Positions 16,887 to 29,363 of a DNA stretch of 50,920 nt are shown one piece after another. Source of the stretch: Paraglomus brasilianum (taxonomy: Eukaryota). The stretch is from the NCBI GenBank assembly GCA_910592345.1, contig CAJVPI010000129.1:1-50920 (forward strand), written 5' to 3'. A program made the translations under genes and the position numbers. The notes beneath the pieces were generated by a model that did not search any database, was not told where the DNA came from, and saw only the letters and a list, made by a program, of their open reading frames with translations. Position 1 is the first letter of the stretch, and each line of letters opens with the position of its first letter.

Positions 16887-17830
16887 CTTGTCGCCTCGTT
16901 GTCTCTCTCGATCTCTTCGGGCTGAGTGTGATGGTCTGATTTATCGGTGGAATTACTTTTACTGGTTTTAGTATACCAAATTCTCACCGATATTCCGACA
17001 ATTTCGTCTGTTTATTTTAGAAGCTGAGAATGTGGATGAATAATGACTAATTATTACTTTATTGGGCATGTGGACTGCTTACGACTATGCATAACAAATA
17101 AAGTGTTATTATAACCCCCCGATATCACACGATGGAATAATCTTTGATATTTGTTTGTTTGATTATTTATGGATTTAACTGCGCTTTGCCAACCAACGTT
17201 CGATTCAATCAATCTAGTTATATTTAGCGGCATACCGACTTACAGAGCGATGACTTAATTACAGACAATAGGCTTTTGTGTGAAGAAGAATAAAGGCCCC
17301 TCTGCTTTGTCCGCTTGTATTACACAGATTTTGGGTCCCTCCCCTCCTTTTTGTTATGCGGCTCGATGTTGCGTTGCCTTGCGTTGCTGTATGAGTCCTT
17401 ATGTTGGATCAAAAAGGTGATGCGACGGTTGCTCCATACATCCTATCATATCACCCTAGCGTTTCGTTTCGCAATGGGGTGGTGACGAGAACAACAAAGA
17501 GGGCTTGTGCGAATGCGATACACACACAATAACAAAATAAATATAGAAAGATGCATTATATTAATATATACTGTGTACTGTAATAATATATACATTACAC
17601 ATCTTGTACGTATTTATTTGTATATCTATTATTTGTAAAACAATATAAATTTCACTTGCTATCTTGTTGACTATAAATATACCTTATTCTGTGGCATATT
17701 TTTATCGGCTTTTTATGTCAATCATTTTTATTCGCTCTTTTATAAAAAGGCAACACCGCGTGGAAGTCTTTCCTGTTCAAAATAACTGACTGCGCTAACG
17801 TGATAGTTTCTCACCGGAAAAAATTTCCAA

Positions 17831-17840
17831 TATATAAAAA
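17831..17840 (+). promoter_or_regulatory. Putative TATA box for the small ORF at 17990
   Basis: TATATAAAAA lies about 150 bp upstream of the ATG and is followed by a C/T-rich leader. Confidence 0.45.
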
Positions 17841-17989
17841 GCCCCCTTTTCAGCTTTTAAACCTCCCCACCGATCAGAAAAAACCAGTAAGCATCAATCA
17901 TCTCGACTGTCTTTGCTCACGTCCAGACGAAACGCTTTATTCGACAACCGTTTTACTTACCAACACTCGAATTTTGTTAATCAGTGACC

Positions 17990-18298
17990 ATGATGCACTC
18001 TTCTACTCTCTTCGACACAATATACGACGACGACGCTCCCATGATCACTCCCACTGGTGTATACACAACCGAGGTCTATCCAGAGGCGTTCATCCCCTCA
18101 TCCAACTCTTCCTCCCAAACATCCTCTCCCAACGTGTCTCCCACAATTACTCCTCGTGAACATTTCGAGGACAAGGACCTCAACGGGTTTTCAATAACTC
18201 CTACACCTGCGAGAATCATTCGTAAGCCCAGTAAGACGAGGGTGGCTAATCGCAAGAGTGTTCTCTTGGATCCAATAGTCGAAGAGCAAGAGAAATGA
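17990..18298 (+). CDS. Small intronless Ser/Thr/Pro-rich disordered protein (102 aa), unknown function
   Basis: ACC-ATG context, coding-like composition distinct from the flanks, an upstream TATA and a T-rich 3' region. The protein has many S/T-P sites, RKPS/RKS sites and a C-terminal LDPIVEE. Confidence 0.6.
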   Translation: MMHSSTLFDTIYDDDAPMITPTGVYTTEVYPEAFIPSSNSSSQTSSPNVSPTITPREHFEDKDLNGFSITPTPARIIRKPSKTRVANRKSVLLDPIVEEQEK

Positions 18299-18717
18299 GA
18301 TGGTTGAAAGTGTTGGTGAAGCGCAATGAGTTTTGTTTTCTGTGGATGGATCGATTGGATGATGTGTTTGTTCTTTGACTTTTGTTTGTACATACACTCT
18401 GTGTATACATGCAACAAGTCTTTAATCTTTTTCTTCTCTCCCCTCCCCCTCTTTTCCAATTCGTTGCTATATCGTATGTTGTGCTATTTTCATCCTCATT
18501 TCGTCGTATTATCCCATACTCTACTTGATAGCTCCATCTATTACTTAGTCACATTTCTTTTTTTCTTTTTTTGTATATTCTAATTCATGCATTCAACAAG
18601 TATTTCAAGGAATCCCATATTCTATTTGTATATACCAAAGCCATCATTATTTGCGCTCATGTTCAGCATCTCATTATTCACATATCTTTTGTATTGATAT
18701 AATTTCTTTTGACATCA

Positions 18718-18788
18718 ATGCTTTTATTCTGATCTGTTTACCTCAAAGCACGATCATGCTTTTATTCCGATCTGTTTACCTCAAAGCA
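18718..18788 (+). repeat. 38-bp tandem duplication
   Basis: ATGCTTTTATTC(T/C)GATCTGTTTACCTCAAAGCA occurs at 18718 and 18756. Confidence 0.9.
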
Positions 18789-18919
18789 TGGGTCATATTC
18801 TATCACATATAACGAGATCTGCGTTGTATATTCACGTTATATTGTCGATTGGGTTTTTTGATTACGCATGAGACTGGCATTGATAGTCTCGAATGTAACA
18901 AGAACATCTGCTCTCTCTT

Positions 18920-18978
18920 CATTGAATAAAAATGCTCCTGATTGACATTGAATAAAAATGCTCCTGATTGACATTGAA
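18920..18978 (+). repeat. 26-bp tandem duplication
   Basis: CATTGAATAAAAATGCTCCTGATTGA occurs twice, plus a partial third copy. Confidence 0.9.
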
Positions 18979-21900
18979 CAACTGAATCTATTACCATGTG
19001 AATGAGATTGCACGTTCTTTCGTTATGACAGAATGCGCCTCACTTAAATTCTGTGTGAATTAGGTGACAAAGATGCATTTTACGTTTGCAGTTTAGGTTT
19101 GGGCAAATTTATTTGTAATAATTTCATATGCTAAGCTAGCATTAGTTAGTGCACACGATTAAGAAGGGGGTTTCATTATTTTATAATATTGCGTTTTGAA
19201 TTTAGTATATTGTTACACTATTACTATTACTATTAATCAACAATAAGAACTGATTGTTAACTACAGGATAATACATTACAATGAACAGCCTGTCAGCGTA
19301 TTGTTAAAGCACCCGAACAAGCAATGAGGACATAAAACATGGCATATAAGCTATCAATTTATAACCGAATGAAGCTAATTGAATAGCTAATACTAAGCAT
19401 TAGGATCGCCCATTTTCCCACCTCTTATTCTAGAAGTCTCCCATGACGTAATTGTTGCAAGTATAACGATCAAATAAAGTTAATGTAAAAAATAGGGTTC
19501 AATAGGCTAGCGAGGACACACAGCATGAGTCGTGAACAGACTTGAAGATTTGCATGTTGAACAAACCTAGCAGTAAAATAATGAAGAGCTTTTAAATTAC
19601 AAGGCAATCTTACATGTTCGTAGTCTAAGGCTTGAATAGGGTTATTAAAATTTGTAGTTGGATACGTTACTTGCTACATAAAATGCGAGATATTGATTTG
19701 ACAGGTAGTTTCTTCCATTGCCATATCACGCATTATGCTATGCATATTTGTCCAATACGTATTGTACACTCTCAAGCTTAACAAAGTAAGTCTGGACCTA
19801 GCTACTCGTTATATGAAATTGATATTTTAACTATGTTTTCGCGTTTTGTTTTTGTCCTCGCTCGGGAGCCGGTCAAGTTTCTATCTGTTGGAAACGAATT
19901 TGTTTAAATCTATTCCGCAAATCACATTCTAAAATTAAAGAATTGATTAAATGGTTTATTTTTGGTATTGCTATCAAAAATACAGAATGCGACAAACTGC
20001 TTAGAAAAAAACTCTATCATCTTCCATTTTTGATCTCAACAAACGTGTCACCAGTGAGAAATTCTACTTTGCGAGGGACGGTAACGTAAACACAAGGCTA
20101 CCTTATGACTTTTCTTATTTTTAATTTTTTGCTATATATAGTACGAGTACTTCTTATGAGGCAAAGTGATTTTGACCAATAAAAGACTCGATCGAAGCCA
20201 AGACCACGTATCGATCCAGTTAATGGTCGTTGTTAGACACGCATCTCGAGTGAAAATCTCACTCAATTATCTTTATAGCGAAGAGAAAACGGATCGGTAT
20301 CGCTTCTTGACTCGCTAGAAAAAAAAAAGTCGGAACAAAGCTTGAATGAGAAAACCGCCGCATAGCGAATTGCATTTCCTCAGTGAAATGGAGTAGTTGC
20401 ACAGATTGTATTACTGAAGGTCTGACAGTAATAGTAAATCTGTGGGAAAAATTGGGGAAACAACGTTGTGAATGCTAAAAATATGACAATGTTGTGGCTC
20501 ATCACACAGATAAAGTCACGAATAAGAATCAGTTGCTGTATCTATCTTGTAGTCGTCTTGGCCACATGTAACCTTCTTATGACGGGTTAAAAATATGTCT
20601 TAGGGTTGTTCAGAGGCGTCACTTGACTTTTACTCAAACATAATATCAATCAAGGCTAACTCGTGAGCCCACATATATTGTATGATATGCTGCGTAAAGT
20701 ACCGGTATTTATCTTGCAACCTTGTGCATAAGCCGCATTTAACAAAAAGTATCGATTTATTCAAGTGTGACGAAACAGTCGAATTTTGATATTACGCGTT
20801 AGTTATCGATTGAAGCTACTGTAAGTTCAAGTGAACCGTTCTTAACAAACATAACACAATAGAAAATATTTTAAGGCAGTGAGGTCCGGTTTAGCGAATA
20901 CAGCTTTCTAATGAATTTTTTCCCGAACAAGAATATGAGCATTTTGTTAAACTGGACTTCACTGTGTATAATTATTTCTCTACTTTGTCTCGATATTAAA
21001 GAAAAATTTTCAGTCATCATTTACGACGAATGTCAATTAAAAGAGTCGATTTTTGCACAAATACGTGTACAATGTTTGAATCACTTCTGGTCTTTTCCGT
21101 GTGGTTAGTCTTCGGACGTTAAGTCTGTCTTGTGAAATATTGAAACTTGCGGAATTTGGAATTTTTTAATAAAATTATGGAAACGTTAACAACCTTTCCT
21201 TTGCCAAGTAGTTATATATTCTATTTAAATTGTGAAGTCTTCGTCGTTTAACCTTTTTGATCCTTCTAATTAGTGCCCCCCCCGCATTATGGAGTTAGCC
21301 ATTGCAATTTGGCAGCAATCCAAGAACGGGTTAATGACTAAGTTATCCCAATTGAGAAATAAATGTTCGTTGATGGTGATTGTTCAAACAGTTTTGTTTA
21401 CAATACTTATTGCACGAGCGTGATAATTGAAATATAAACAAACTGATTCTGTTTTATAATGCGTTCTTATCAATTTAGCAAGAGTTTGGAAATTGCTGAT
21501 AAAGCATAACTAACAACTTGATGAGTACACCATATTTGGTGCAGTGGCCTATAGCGATGCGGTGGAAATCGCTTTGTAAGTGGTTTATTATAACCTTTAT
21601 TTAGGCTGTCTGTAAGCGAATTTGGACCATGAACTAGATGTACGCCTAAAATCCGTTGGTAAATGAGATAAAAAACCATGGTAATAGTTCGGTTATTTGA
21701 AATCAATGCTAACCCAACCTTAAACCATATGTTATTGAAAATTAAAGAAAAGCACTCATATTCTTAAGAATATCTAATTCTTGGTTTTTGCATGTTATGC
21801 TTTATAGTGAGTTGAATGTCTCAATAAGTTAAAAATCACTTTATTATTTCTTTGTCAGTATATGTTAATATGTTTCTTTGTTTACTACAATTTCTCCGTG

Positions 21901-22836
21901 GTAATTACATTCTAAAATACCAAAATATTGTGGGTGGTGACAGTTTCTGTGTTAGTGGTATTAGTATTAATATGAACATTTTTAAAAGAATGTCTGCTAC
22001 GAGTAGTATGATTGGTTTATCCACTAATATGCATAGGACAATAAGTGCCAATTACTACATAACTAAAAGTTTGTATGGGCGGTGACAGTCAGAATAGATT
22101 TCATTGTCAGTTTTTCCCACCAATCTTTTGATGACAAGAGGATCGGGCTTCTTTTCTACTGAATGGGTGACTAAGGTAATTATTCTTTTAATATGGAAAG
22201 GGTTTATATCGAGTGCGATGTGAGAAATAGGTAATTCGTCGATACAACCTAAGCGGCCAGATAGCTAACTCATCAGACTATGTCATTGCTTGATTAATTA
22301 CGTGTACATCATAGCCGTTTATGAATACTTTCTATCGGATCGATCCACCAAAATTAAAATATTTGCTGGACATTTTCAGGATTTCCATGATTTCGAATTC
22401 AAAAATATTACGACATTGTTCGAGTTTATAATGCAATTGTTAATTAATGTCGCTATCAGACACAGAGTTAAGTGGAGGGAATAATGGAAATGATTATGAT
22501 GCAGAGTTGAAGTTAGACAAGCAATGGTAGTAGTCAATAGGAATTAAAACGATGTCTTATTTAATTCAGCACATAGACCAATCAAACAGCTAATGGAATA
22601 TGAGACGTAGATAGCGCGGTCGCGGAAGTCTCTGTCATAAAAATAATCTTGGTAACTTTTGGGGTACGCAGTTCGCATTTCAACTTCGATGTCTTAGTCG
22701 CGGTGGCTGATCTTCACGTATCAAATTCGGTTGGTGAGATTATCATACCAATTAAAGAAATTAACTAAATCACCTGACCGTAATAGTAATGAAATATTTT
22801 TAAATTAACCTTTTTTGACATTCTTTGTCGATCCAA

Positions 22837-25598
22837 ATGTATCTTTATCATTTAAAGTTTGAGTTATACGTCCCTGCGATAGATCAAGAAACATCTTTCA
22901 TAGCCGAACACAAAGGAAAATCGCAAGGATTTAAACACTCGTACATACATTACGTTCCCAAAGACATTTTTGCTTCTCTTCCTCACACTGCTTCAGAAAC
23001 TAGACAGAGACGGCCGCAGCAAAAGGATAATAAAAACAGATCAACAACAGTAGGCGACCCTAAATCTTTGCAAACACTTTCTTTTTCAGATAGTAGTAAG
23101 AAATCTTTCATCACCAAGTCAGAAGATCACTCGCCAGCTGTCCCACCTACACCCGCTTCGGAGGAAGGTTGGGTAACTGTTGGTAAAAGAGCCAGGACTA
23201 CGGCCAGTTCGTCGACCAGTACATCAGCTAGTACGTCATCCATTAAATCAGTTACGCGAAATAAATCCCACGATTTTCGATTTGGCAAACTTGAGATCGA
23301 GTGGTTTGATCAGGTTGAAGAAGGGAGTACAATGAGCTCGCAGAAGAATACTTACGCTAGTGTTTTAAAGAGTAAAAATGAAGATACCCATGAGGCTGAT
23401 GCACGGGTGAGCACAGGGCTCCAAACTACATCATCTCCGGCAACTGCAACAATAGCTACAACTGCAAATGCTATCTCTGATTCGATACCTGTTAATTCCA
23501 AATCGCGTTCTTCTGCCAATCACAATGTGATTCCGACAACAGGCGAATTTATTCCTTTAAAATCAGGCGTGACTAATATAAGTTATGGTATATTACACCT
23601 ATATCGAGGCAAAAAAGAAATAAACTTAAAGGACAATAGTCAATCGTCGCCACAACAAAATACCCAATCACAGTCTGTTGATGAGAATAATAGCATCCAC
23701 GATACGGCTGGCACCATATTGGCTGTTTTGGCAGTCCCTTCATATATGAGTGCCTCTGACTTCTTGGGATTCGTTGCGCCTGTGAGAAATTACGTCAGTC
23801 ATTTTAGAATGATTAGGTGAGGATTATAAAAAGTCAGAGACTTAGGCATGGTTTGAGGGTGTCGTGTCGGTTGATAGTTGTAGGCATACAAGAATAGCGC
23901 CCGCTAACATTATTGACCTTTGGTTTGTTTGATAGAGACTCTGCCCCAAACAAGTATATGGTATTGATGAAGTTTCGTCACCCGCGAGTGGCGAGAGATT
24001 TTTATGATCAATTCAACGGACGGCCATTTAGTTCTATGGAGGTGAGATGTTGGCGCGTGAATTTCACTACTTATTTTTTTTGCCATTATTAAATAACTAA
24101 CACCTGTTCCATTAAAGCCTGAAATCTGTCATATAGTCTACGTCCAATCCATAGAGTTTCACTCTAGTTCTTTGCCACCATACGCTTTCCCTCTCCTTTA
24201 TGACCCTTTTAAATCTGACCAAGATAGCTCTAAGACAAAACCGCCAGACGAGACCTCTGCTGCTTCTTCGCTTTACGAATTACCAACATGTCCCGTTTGT
24301 CTAGAAAGGATGGACGCAGGCGTCACGGGATTATTGACTATATTGTGTCAGCATACTTTTCATTGTCATTGCTTGAGCAAGTGGGGTGATAGCAGGTGAG
24401 AGGAGACGCATGCATGTATGAAATTCTTGATGCGAGTAACATACAAACATTTCACTTACTCGGTAACCCTGTCGACCGTTCACTGTATATCTTATTAGTT
24501 GTCCCGTCTGCCGGTATTCTCAGCAGCGGGAAATTCTCGAGGATTCCCTTGAGCAGAATGAATGTGGTGTCTGCGGTGCGACAGAAAATCTATGGATATG
24601 TCTTTTATGTGGAAATATTGGGTGTGGGAGATACCAAGAAAAACATGCATATAGTCATTACGAGCAGACATCGCATTTGTATGCTTTAGAATTGGAAACA
24701 CAGCGAGTATGGGACTATGCTGGGGATGGGTAAGTAGAACCGAGAACGTTTGCTGCGTTAGGGCAATGTATATTGACAAGAAGTGTTTATCAAACGTTTA
24801 GATATGTGCATCGCCTTATTCAAAACAAGTCCGATGGAAAGCTAGTTGAACTACCCAGTCCGAATGCGCCCTCGCAAGTCCAGACACCACCCACCGAGCA
24901 AGCTGGACAGGTATACAAAAGTTATTCGTTCAATGACGTTTTCACATACTTGCGGAACTTACGTACGACTTGCTTACATGCCAACTTGCAGGATAAAATC
25001 GACGCTATAGATCTCGAGTATTCATACCTCTTAACTACGCAACTGTCTTCTCAACGGACTTATTACGAGGAAAAAGTCAACACAATCACCCTTCAGCTCT
25101 CATCTCTGTCAGCACAAGTCCAAAATTTATCTGATGAAATGAAAGTACTCAAGAGTGAGAGAGATAAAGCAACAAGTGACAAAAACGTGCTTGAAAAGGA
25201 GAGGATACCGAGGCTTGAGAAAGATAAACGGGCTATTGAGAAAAAGTATGAGAAAATAAAAGAAAGGACGGAAAAAGTCGAAAAGGAATACAAGGAGGAG
25301 AAAGAAGTAAGTTGTGCTGAATAATAGTGACGTGTTGTATGGGCCAGAATGTTTACCTGAATACTCTTGTTTGATATAGATGACGGCTTCATTATTAAGA
25401 AAACAACAATATTTTGAATCCCAGATGGAAGAAAAAGATAAACTGATCAAAGACCTTGAAGAACAAGTTCGGGATCTCATGTGCCATTTCTCTGCTCATA
25501 ATTCTATGAGAGATAATCCAGAATTAGCAGGAGGAGATATTGCTGTCGGTGAGGCGAATTCCAGTTCACCAGGGAGGAGAAGAAAGGGCAAGAAGTAA
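22837..25598 (+). CDS. ETP1: BRAP2/ETP1 RING-finger and zf-UBP E3 ligase, multi-exon
   Basis: [53 protein letters not shown], a RING ([13 protein letters not shown]...[11 protein letters not shown]...CPVCR), a ZnF-UBP ([15 protein letters not shown]...HY...[15 protein letters not shown]) and a coiled-coil tail ending [10 protein letters not shown]...RRRKGKK*. Confidence 0.94.
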
Positions 25599-27703
25599 TT
25601 GATTGATGGAAAGATGAGATTTATAAACTGCGAGTTGGGTTGAGGATAGAACATTAATATAATTTAATAGGTGTCTGTAAATATCTATTTTTTTTATGGT
25701 CGAGGGTGTCTTCTTTATAGTTTATCATTATTTTGCAAATTGTCGTTATAAGTAGTTATCTCACGAAAGAACTTGTATATCTGAAGTGATATAATTTTAT
25801 TGTATTCCTTGCGGAATAACCCTTCGAACAACGGTGCTTATGTAACATGCATTCATCGAAAATATGCTAAACCCAAAGCATTTTAAATTATTTCTTGTAA
25901 ATACACTTCAATCTCATAAGCTATGTGATATTAATATCCAAACGTTCAGTTCTTTCTTACTTTTGATTTTTCATTAAGGTCCCTGCAAGCTCACTCGTCA
26001 GGTGAAATGTTTGATCGAATCACGATGACGTCCACATGCTTTATAGACGTGTCAAATTCTCATATCCCCGAGTTTGCGATGTATCTTTCATAAAAATTAG
26101 ACCCTTTGTTATGAAGTTCACAACAAATAGTAAATATAAACGTAAAATGTGACAAGTGCGACTGGAGTGTGGTACACATCTTCTCATTGACACATACGTT
26201 GATGGACCGGTTAACCATTGTTCTCCAACAAATTAATATAATGTGAGTTACTTTCATGTTAGAGTCAAAGGGACGTGTACTACGTGTGATAACTAGATTG
26301 TAATAGATAATACTGTAAAGTGAATAAATAAACGTATGCCGCATATCGCTTGTCCATACATTATATTTACGATCAGAGTTGGTTACAGCAAGCAGTCTTT
26401 CTAGTAAACCGAGAACGCGTTATTGATTGTTTATTAATTAAGAAATTTTTGGCTGTTGCTAAAATAAGTTGTTGGTTTTCGATTCCCATTCTCGATAATC
26501 ATAATAGAAATTCCTTCGTAGTACGCCCTACTCTTCTATATCCCTGTACTCTTTTATTTGCCTCGCGTTCGCCGTTCCATTTATCCTTGTCGAATTTTCA
26601 TGTTTGAAGAAGTCAACTGCAAAATCATCCCATTTCCTGGCCATTGATTGATTTCTGCTGTTAGTTGGCATCAAGTTCGCTAATAAGATAAAAAAAAGTC
26701 ATTTACGATTTCAATGCCGATATCTAAGATTGTTGCTAAGAGATTAATAATTACATTCTTTCTGGGAATCTATATACTGCCGAGGGATCGATATATCTAC
26801 AAAAACACTATTGCATAACTATAACTAATACTTTTACAGACGGATAGAATGAGGACGCGCAAATTATACAAACCAGACGGTTTCAACTTGTCAAGCGTGC
26901 GCCATTGGTCGAATTTAAGTGCACTAGTTGTACTCAAATGACAATAACTATACCTTCCATCCTATAATTGATGTTATAATTAACGTATAATGGCGCCATG
27001 AACGAAACTAGTGCACGTTGACTTGCGTACCATTTTCTCGTTGTTTATTGAATATGCACCAAATGTAAAAGAAAAAGAATGATGATCGACAAATGCTTTT
27101 TCAACGAAATTTCAGGGGTCACGAGTTGAGTACATTTCAATATAATATTTTTCCATTCCATACGGGAATTCGCGTTTTATTTACCTTTGACTTATAACTG
27201 ACCGGGCGATTAACTGCAAACACACTCCTCTCAAGTCATACGTAATGTCCACGCTATACAGTATTATCACGATCACGTGTGAAATAATCTCCCCTACCTT
27301 TTCAACTAACCAGCTGCCTAATTGTAATATAACCGCGGGTGCTGCTAATAAACAAGTTTGGTTTAGCGGCTTTCTCTCATAATAAAATAAGATGTTCTTT
27401 TACTACAAGGATTTTAAGCTTTTTTTTTTTTTTTTTGCAAATTAGATGAGCAGGAAGACGCGACAAATAACGCGACGTTATATTAGCATTACAGCCGTTA
27501 CAAATTACATGTGCCTCTGGTTATAATGACACTTTCGGGAAATAAAAAAAGTGTCATGTCAGTTTATCCGTTGACCATAGACATTGTAATATGTATACGA
27601 GTAATTCATCAGTATCACTTATAAGTAATATTACTTATTTACGAACAAAAAATGATTCAGTTTTGTTTGTTTATAATCCTTTGAGAAACGAAAGTACAAT
27701 TAT

Positions 27704-27862
27704 ACATTTGTTATGTGATATAAATGAGAAGCTGGCGTGGCTGAAGGTTACAGTGATAGTAACTAATTTAATTAATAGCATTTTGACTATCACAGTAACA
27801 ACTTTTATGTAGCATACTTCTATTACTATCTAAAAATTATACATGCTAAATATTAATATAGG
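27704..27862 (+). repeat. Non-coding module 'X', copy 2 (5'-eroded)
   Basis: ACATTTGTTATGTGATATAAATGAGAAGCTGGCGTGGCTGAAGG...TTTATGTAGCATACTTCTATTACTATCTAAAAATTA...TTAATATAGG is homologous to the reverse complement of 1632-1775. Confidence 0.8.
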
Positions 27863-27881
27863 GCTATCTCTATATAAAAAT

Positions 27882-28145
27882 ATGAATATGAAACTAATTT
27901 ACATTAAATCTACCATAGAACCAAAAAATTGTAGCATTATTAGAAGCATTCTAAAAAAAGCTCAAAGAGAAAAAATTGCACCTAATGTTTTTAAAATCAA
28001 TGATTCTTAAACTCTCCAGGAATGTCTAGATAAAGAAAAAATCACTTATGAAATTTACCAAGAAGAACAAAAAATAAAAGCCATTAAACAAACATTAACC
28101 TCAACTTATGATGAACCAAGGAAAAAACAAAAGCTAGAAACATAA
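27882..28145 (+). pseudogene. Intronless small Lys/Glu-rich ORF 'A' (87 codons, one internal TAA), bacterial-like
   Basis: MNMKLIYIKSTIEPKNCSIIRSILKKAQREKIAPNVFKINDS*TLQECLDKEKITYEIYQEEQKIK...KLET*. The internal TAA is at 28008-28010, likely from CAA. A deleted copy of its 5' end recurs at about 29275-29339. Confidence 0.6.
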
Positions 28146-28189
28146 AGCAAAAAATCTAAATAATTATTTTCTTTTTATCAGGAGTATTA

Positions 28190-28903
28190 TGAGCTACCAT
28201 TGATGAGTAGCAAGAGCAGTATTAGTATCGGAGTTAAAGAGCGTCATTCTCTGCTATTTTCAGAATTCTGTATTCCAATCTCATATAATTTACTTATTCT
28301 TTTGAATAATAAAAGTTTAGAATTTCTCCTTAATTTTTTGAGTTTGCATAATCTATTTCTTTCTGTTTTTTAGGTAATTCTTTGGTTGCTGAATAATCTC
28401 TTCTGCTTATTTCTTGATCTTTATTTAACAAATTATTTTCCAATAACTTTATTTGATATATAAGCTTGCTCATTGCAGCATTGTGCTTTCAGACATTTGA
28501 CGTTTTCTTCACCTCATAGCTGCATCCAGTGCCTTTTCAGCTTCTTCTCACTCCATTTCCACTTCATCCTCTAACTCTTCTATCCTTGTTTCTAATTCTT
28601 CTTTTTCTTGATAAGTAGAACTAAAAAGCCTCTTCATAATTTGTGCTTTGCTCAGAAAAACTTTTCACAACATTTTTAGGAGTGAATTCATTGCTAAAGA
28701 CAACTCTTCCAATTTCAAATTCATTCTTTTCTGAATAACTTACTCAACCATTTTTAGGCCAAGATCTTTCTAAGGTTCTTAAAGCAGTACCAGTATATTC
28801 CGAAATTTCAGCAAGATTGTGAACTGCATTTCAAATTCTTAGTTTAAAGTTCTTTTTTTCATCTGCTAACTGTTTCGAGTTTTGTTATTATTATGTTTGC
28901 CAT
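28190..28903 (-). pseudogene. Intronless coiled-coil ORF 'B', copy 2, reading through TGA as in code 4
   Basis: MANII...QLADEKKNFKLRI*NAVHNLAEISEYTGTALRTLERSWPKNG*VSYSEKNEFEIGRVVFSNEFTPKNVVKSF...EKALDAAMR*RKRQ. TGA codons lie at 28831-33, 28744-46 and 28509-11. AAGGA sits just upstream of the ATG. The 3' end is approximate. Confidence 0.7.
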
Positions 28904-29057
28904 GCTTTTCCTTTTTATTTTTATTTATTCTGTTAATATACTTAATCCTTTTTATGAGAGTATATTATTAAGTATATAAAGATTTTATGATTTTCTTTAA
29001 TGTATATGTAAGCTTTGAAATCCAGGAAATGTTTTTAAAAGATTAAACTTATTAGAC

Positions 29058-29339
29058 TTAATATGGGGCAGACTGCAACAAAACCAGACAAAGTGAACAT
29101 TTTATTATGTGACGTAAATGAGAGGCTTATTATTATGATGTGGCTGTAAATTGACCAGTGTGACAGAAAAATAATAATGGTGCTCATACATAACTTATGG
29201 ACTTGTTAAATTTAATGTTCACTTTATCATGCCAGAATGTGATGAATATAAACCATAACGTGATTAATATAGGACTACCTCTACATAAAAAATATTAATA
29301 TGAAACTCCCAAGAATTATGGCACTATTAGAAGCATTCT
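29058..29339 (+). repeat. Module 'X', copy 3, plus the truncated start of ORF A
   Basis: TTAATATGGGGCAGACTGCAACAAAACCAGACAAAGTGAACATTTTATTATGTGACGTAAATGAGAGGC... is near-identical to the reverse complement of 1740-1813. It continues TTAATATAGGACTACCTCTACATAAAAAATATTAATATGAAACT...ATTAGAAGCATTCT, a direct repeat of 27853-27952 with a deletion. Confidence 0.85.
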
Positions 29340-29363
29340 CACCACGCAGCAGCCAAAACTACC

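Noticed and set aside
16660..16971. ORFs with YYC/LLF/CCF repeats
   Set aside because: They are translations of the 9-bp minisatellite, with no coding evidence.
18718..18978. Tandem repeats as a possible CRISPR array
   Set aside because: They are two-copy duplications without unique spacers or cas genes, in a eukaryotic context.
26919..27016. GTGCACTAGTT...AACTAGTGCAC inverted repeat (CACTA-like)
   Set aside because: Only 11 bp, with no target-site duplication and no second copy.
27419..27436. Poly-T run as a retroelement tail
   Set aside because: No target duplication or recognisable SINE/LINE body.
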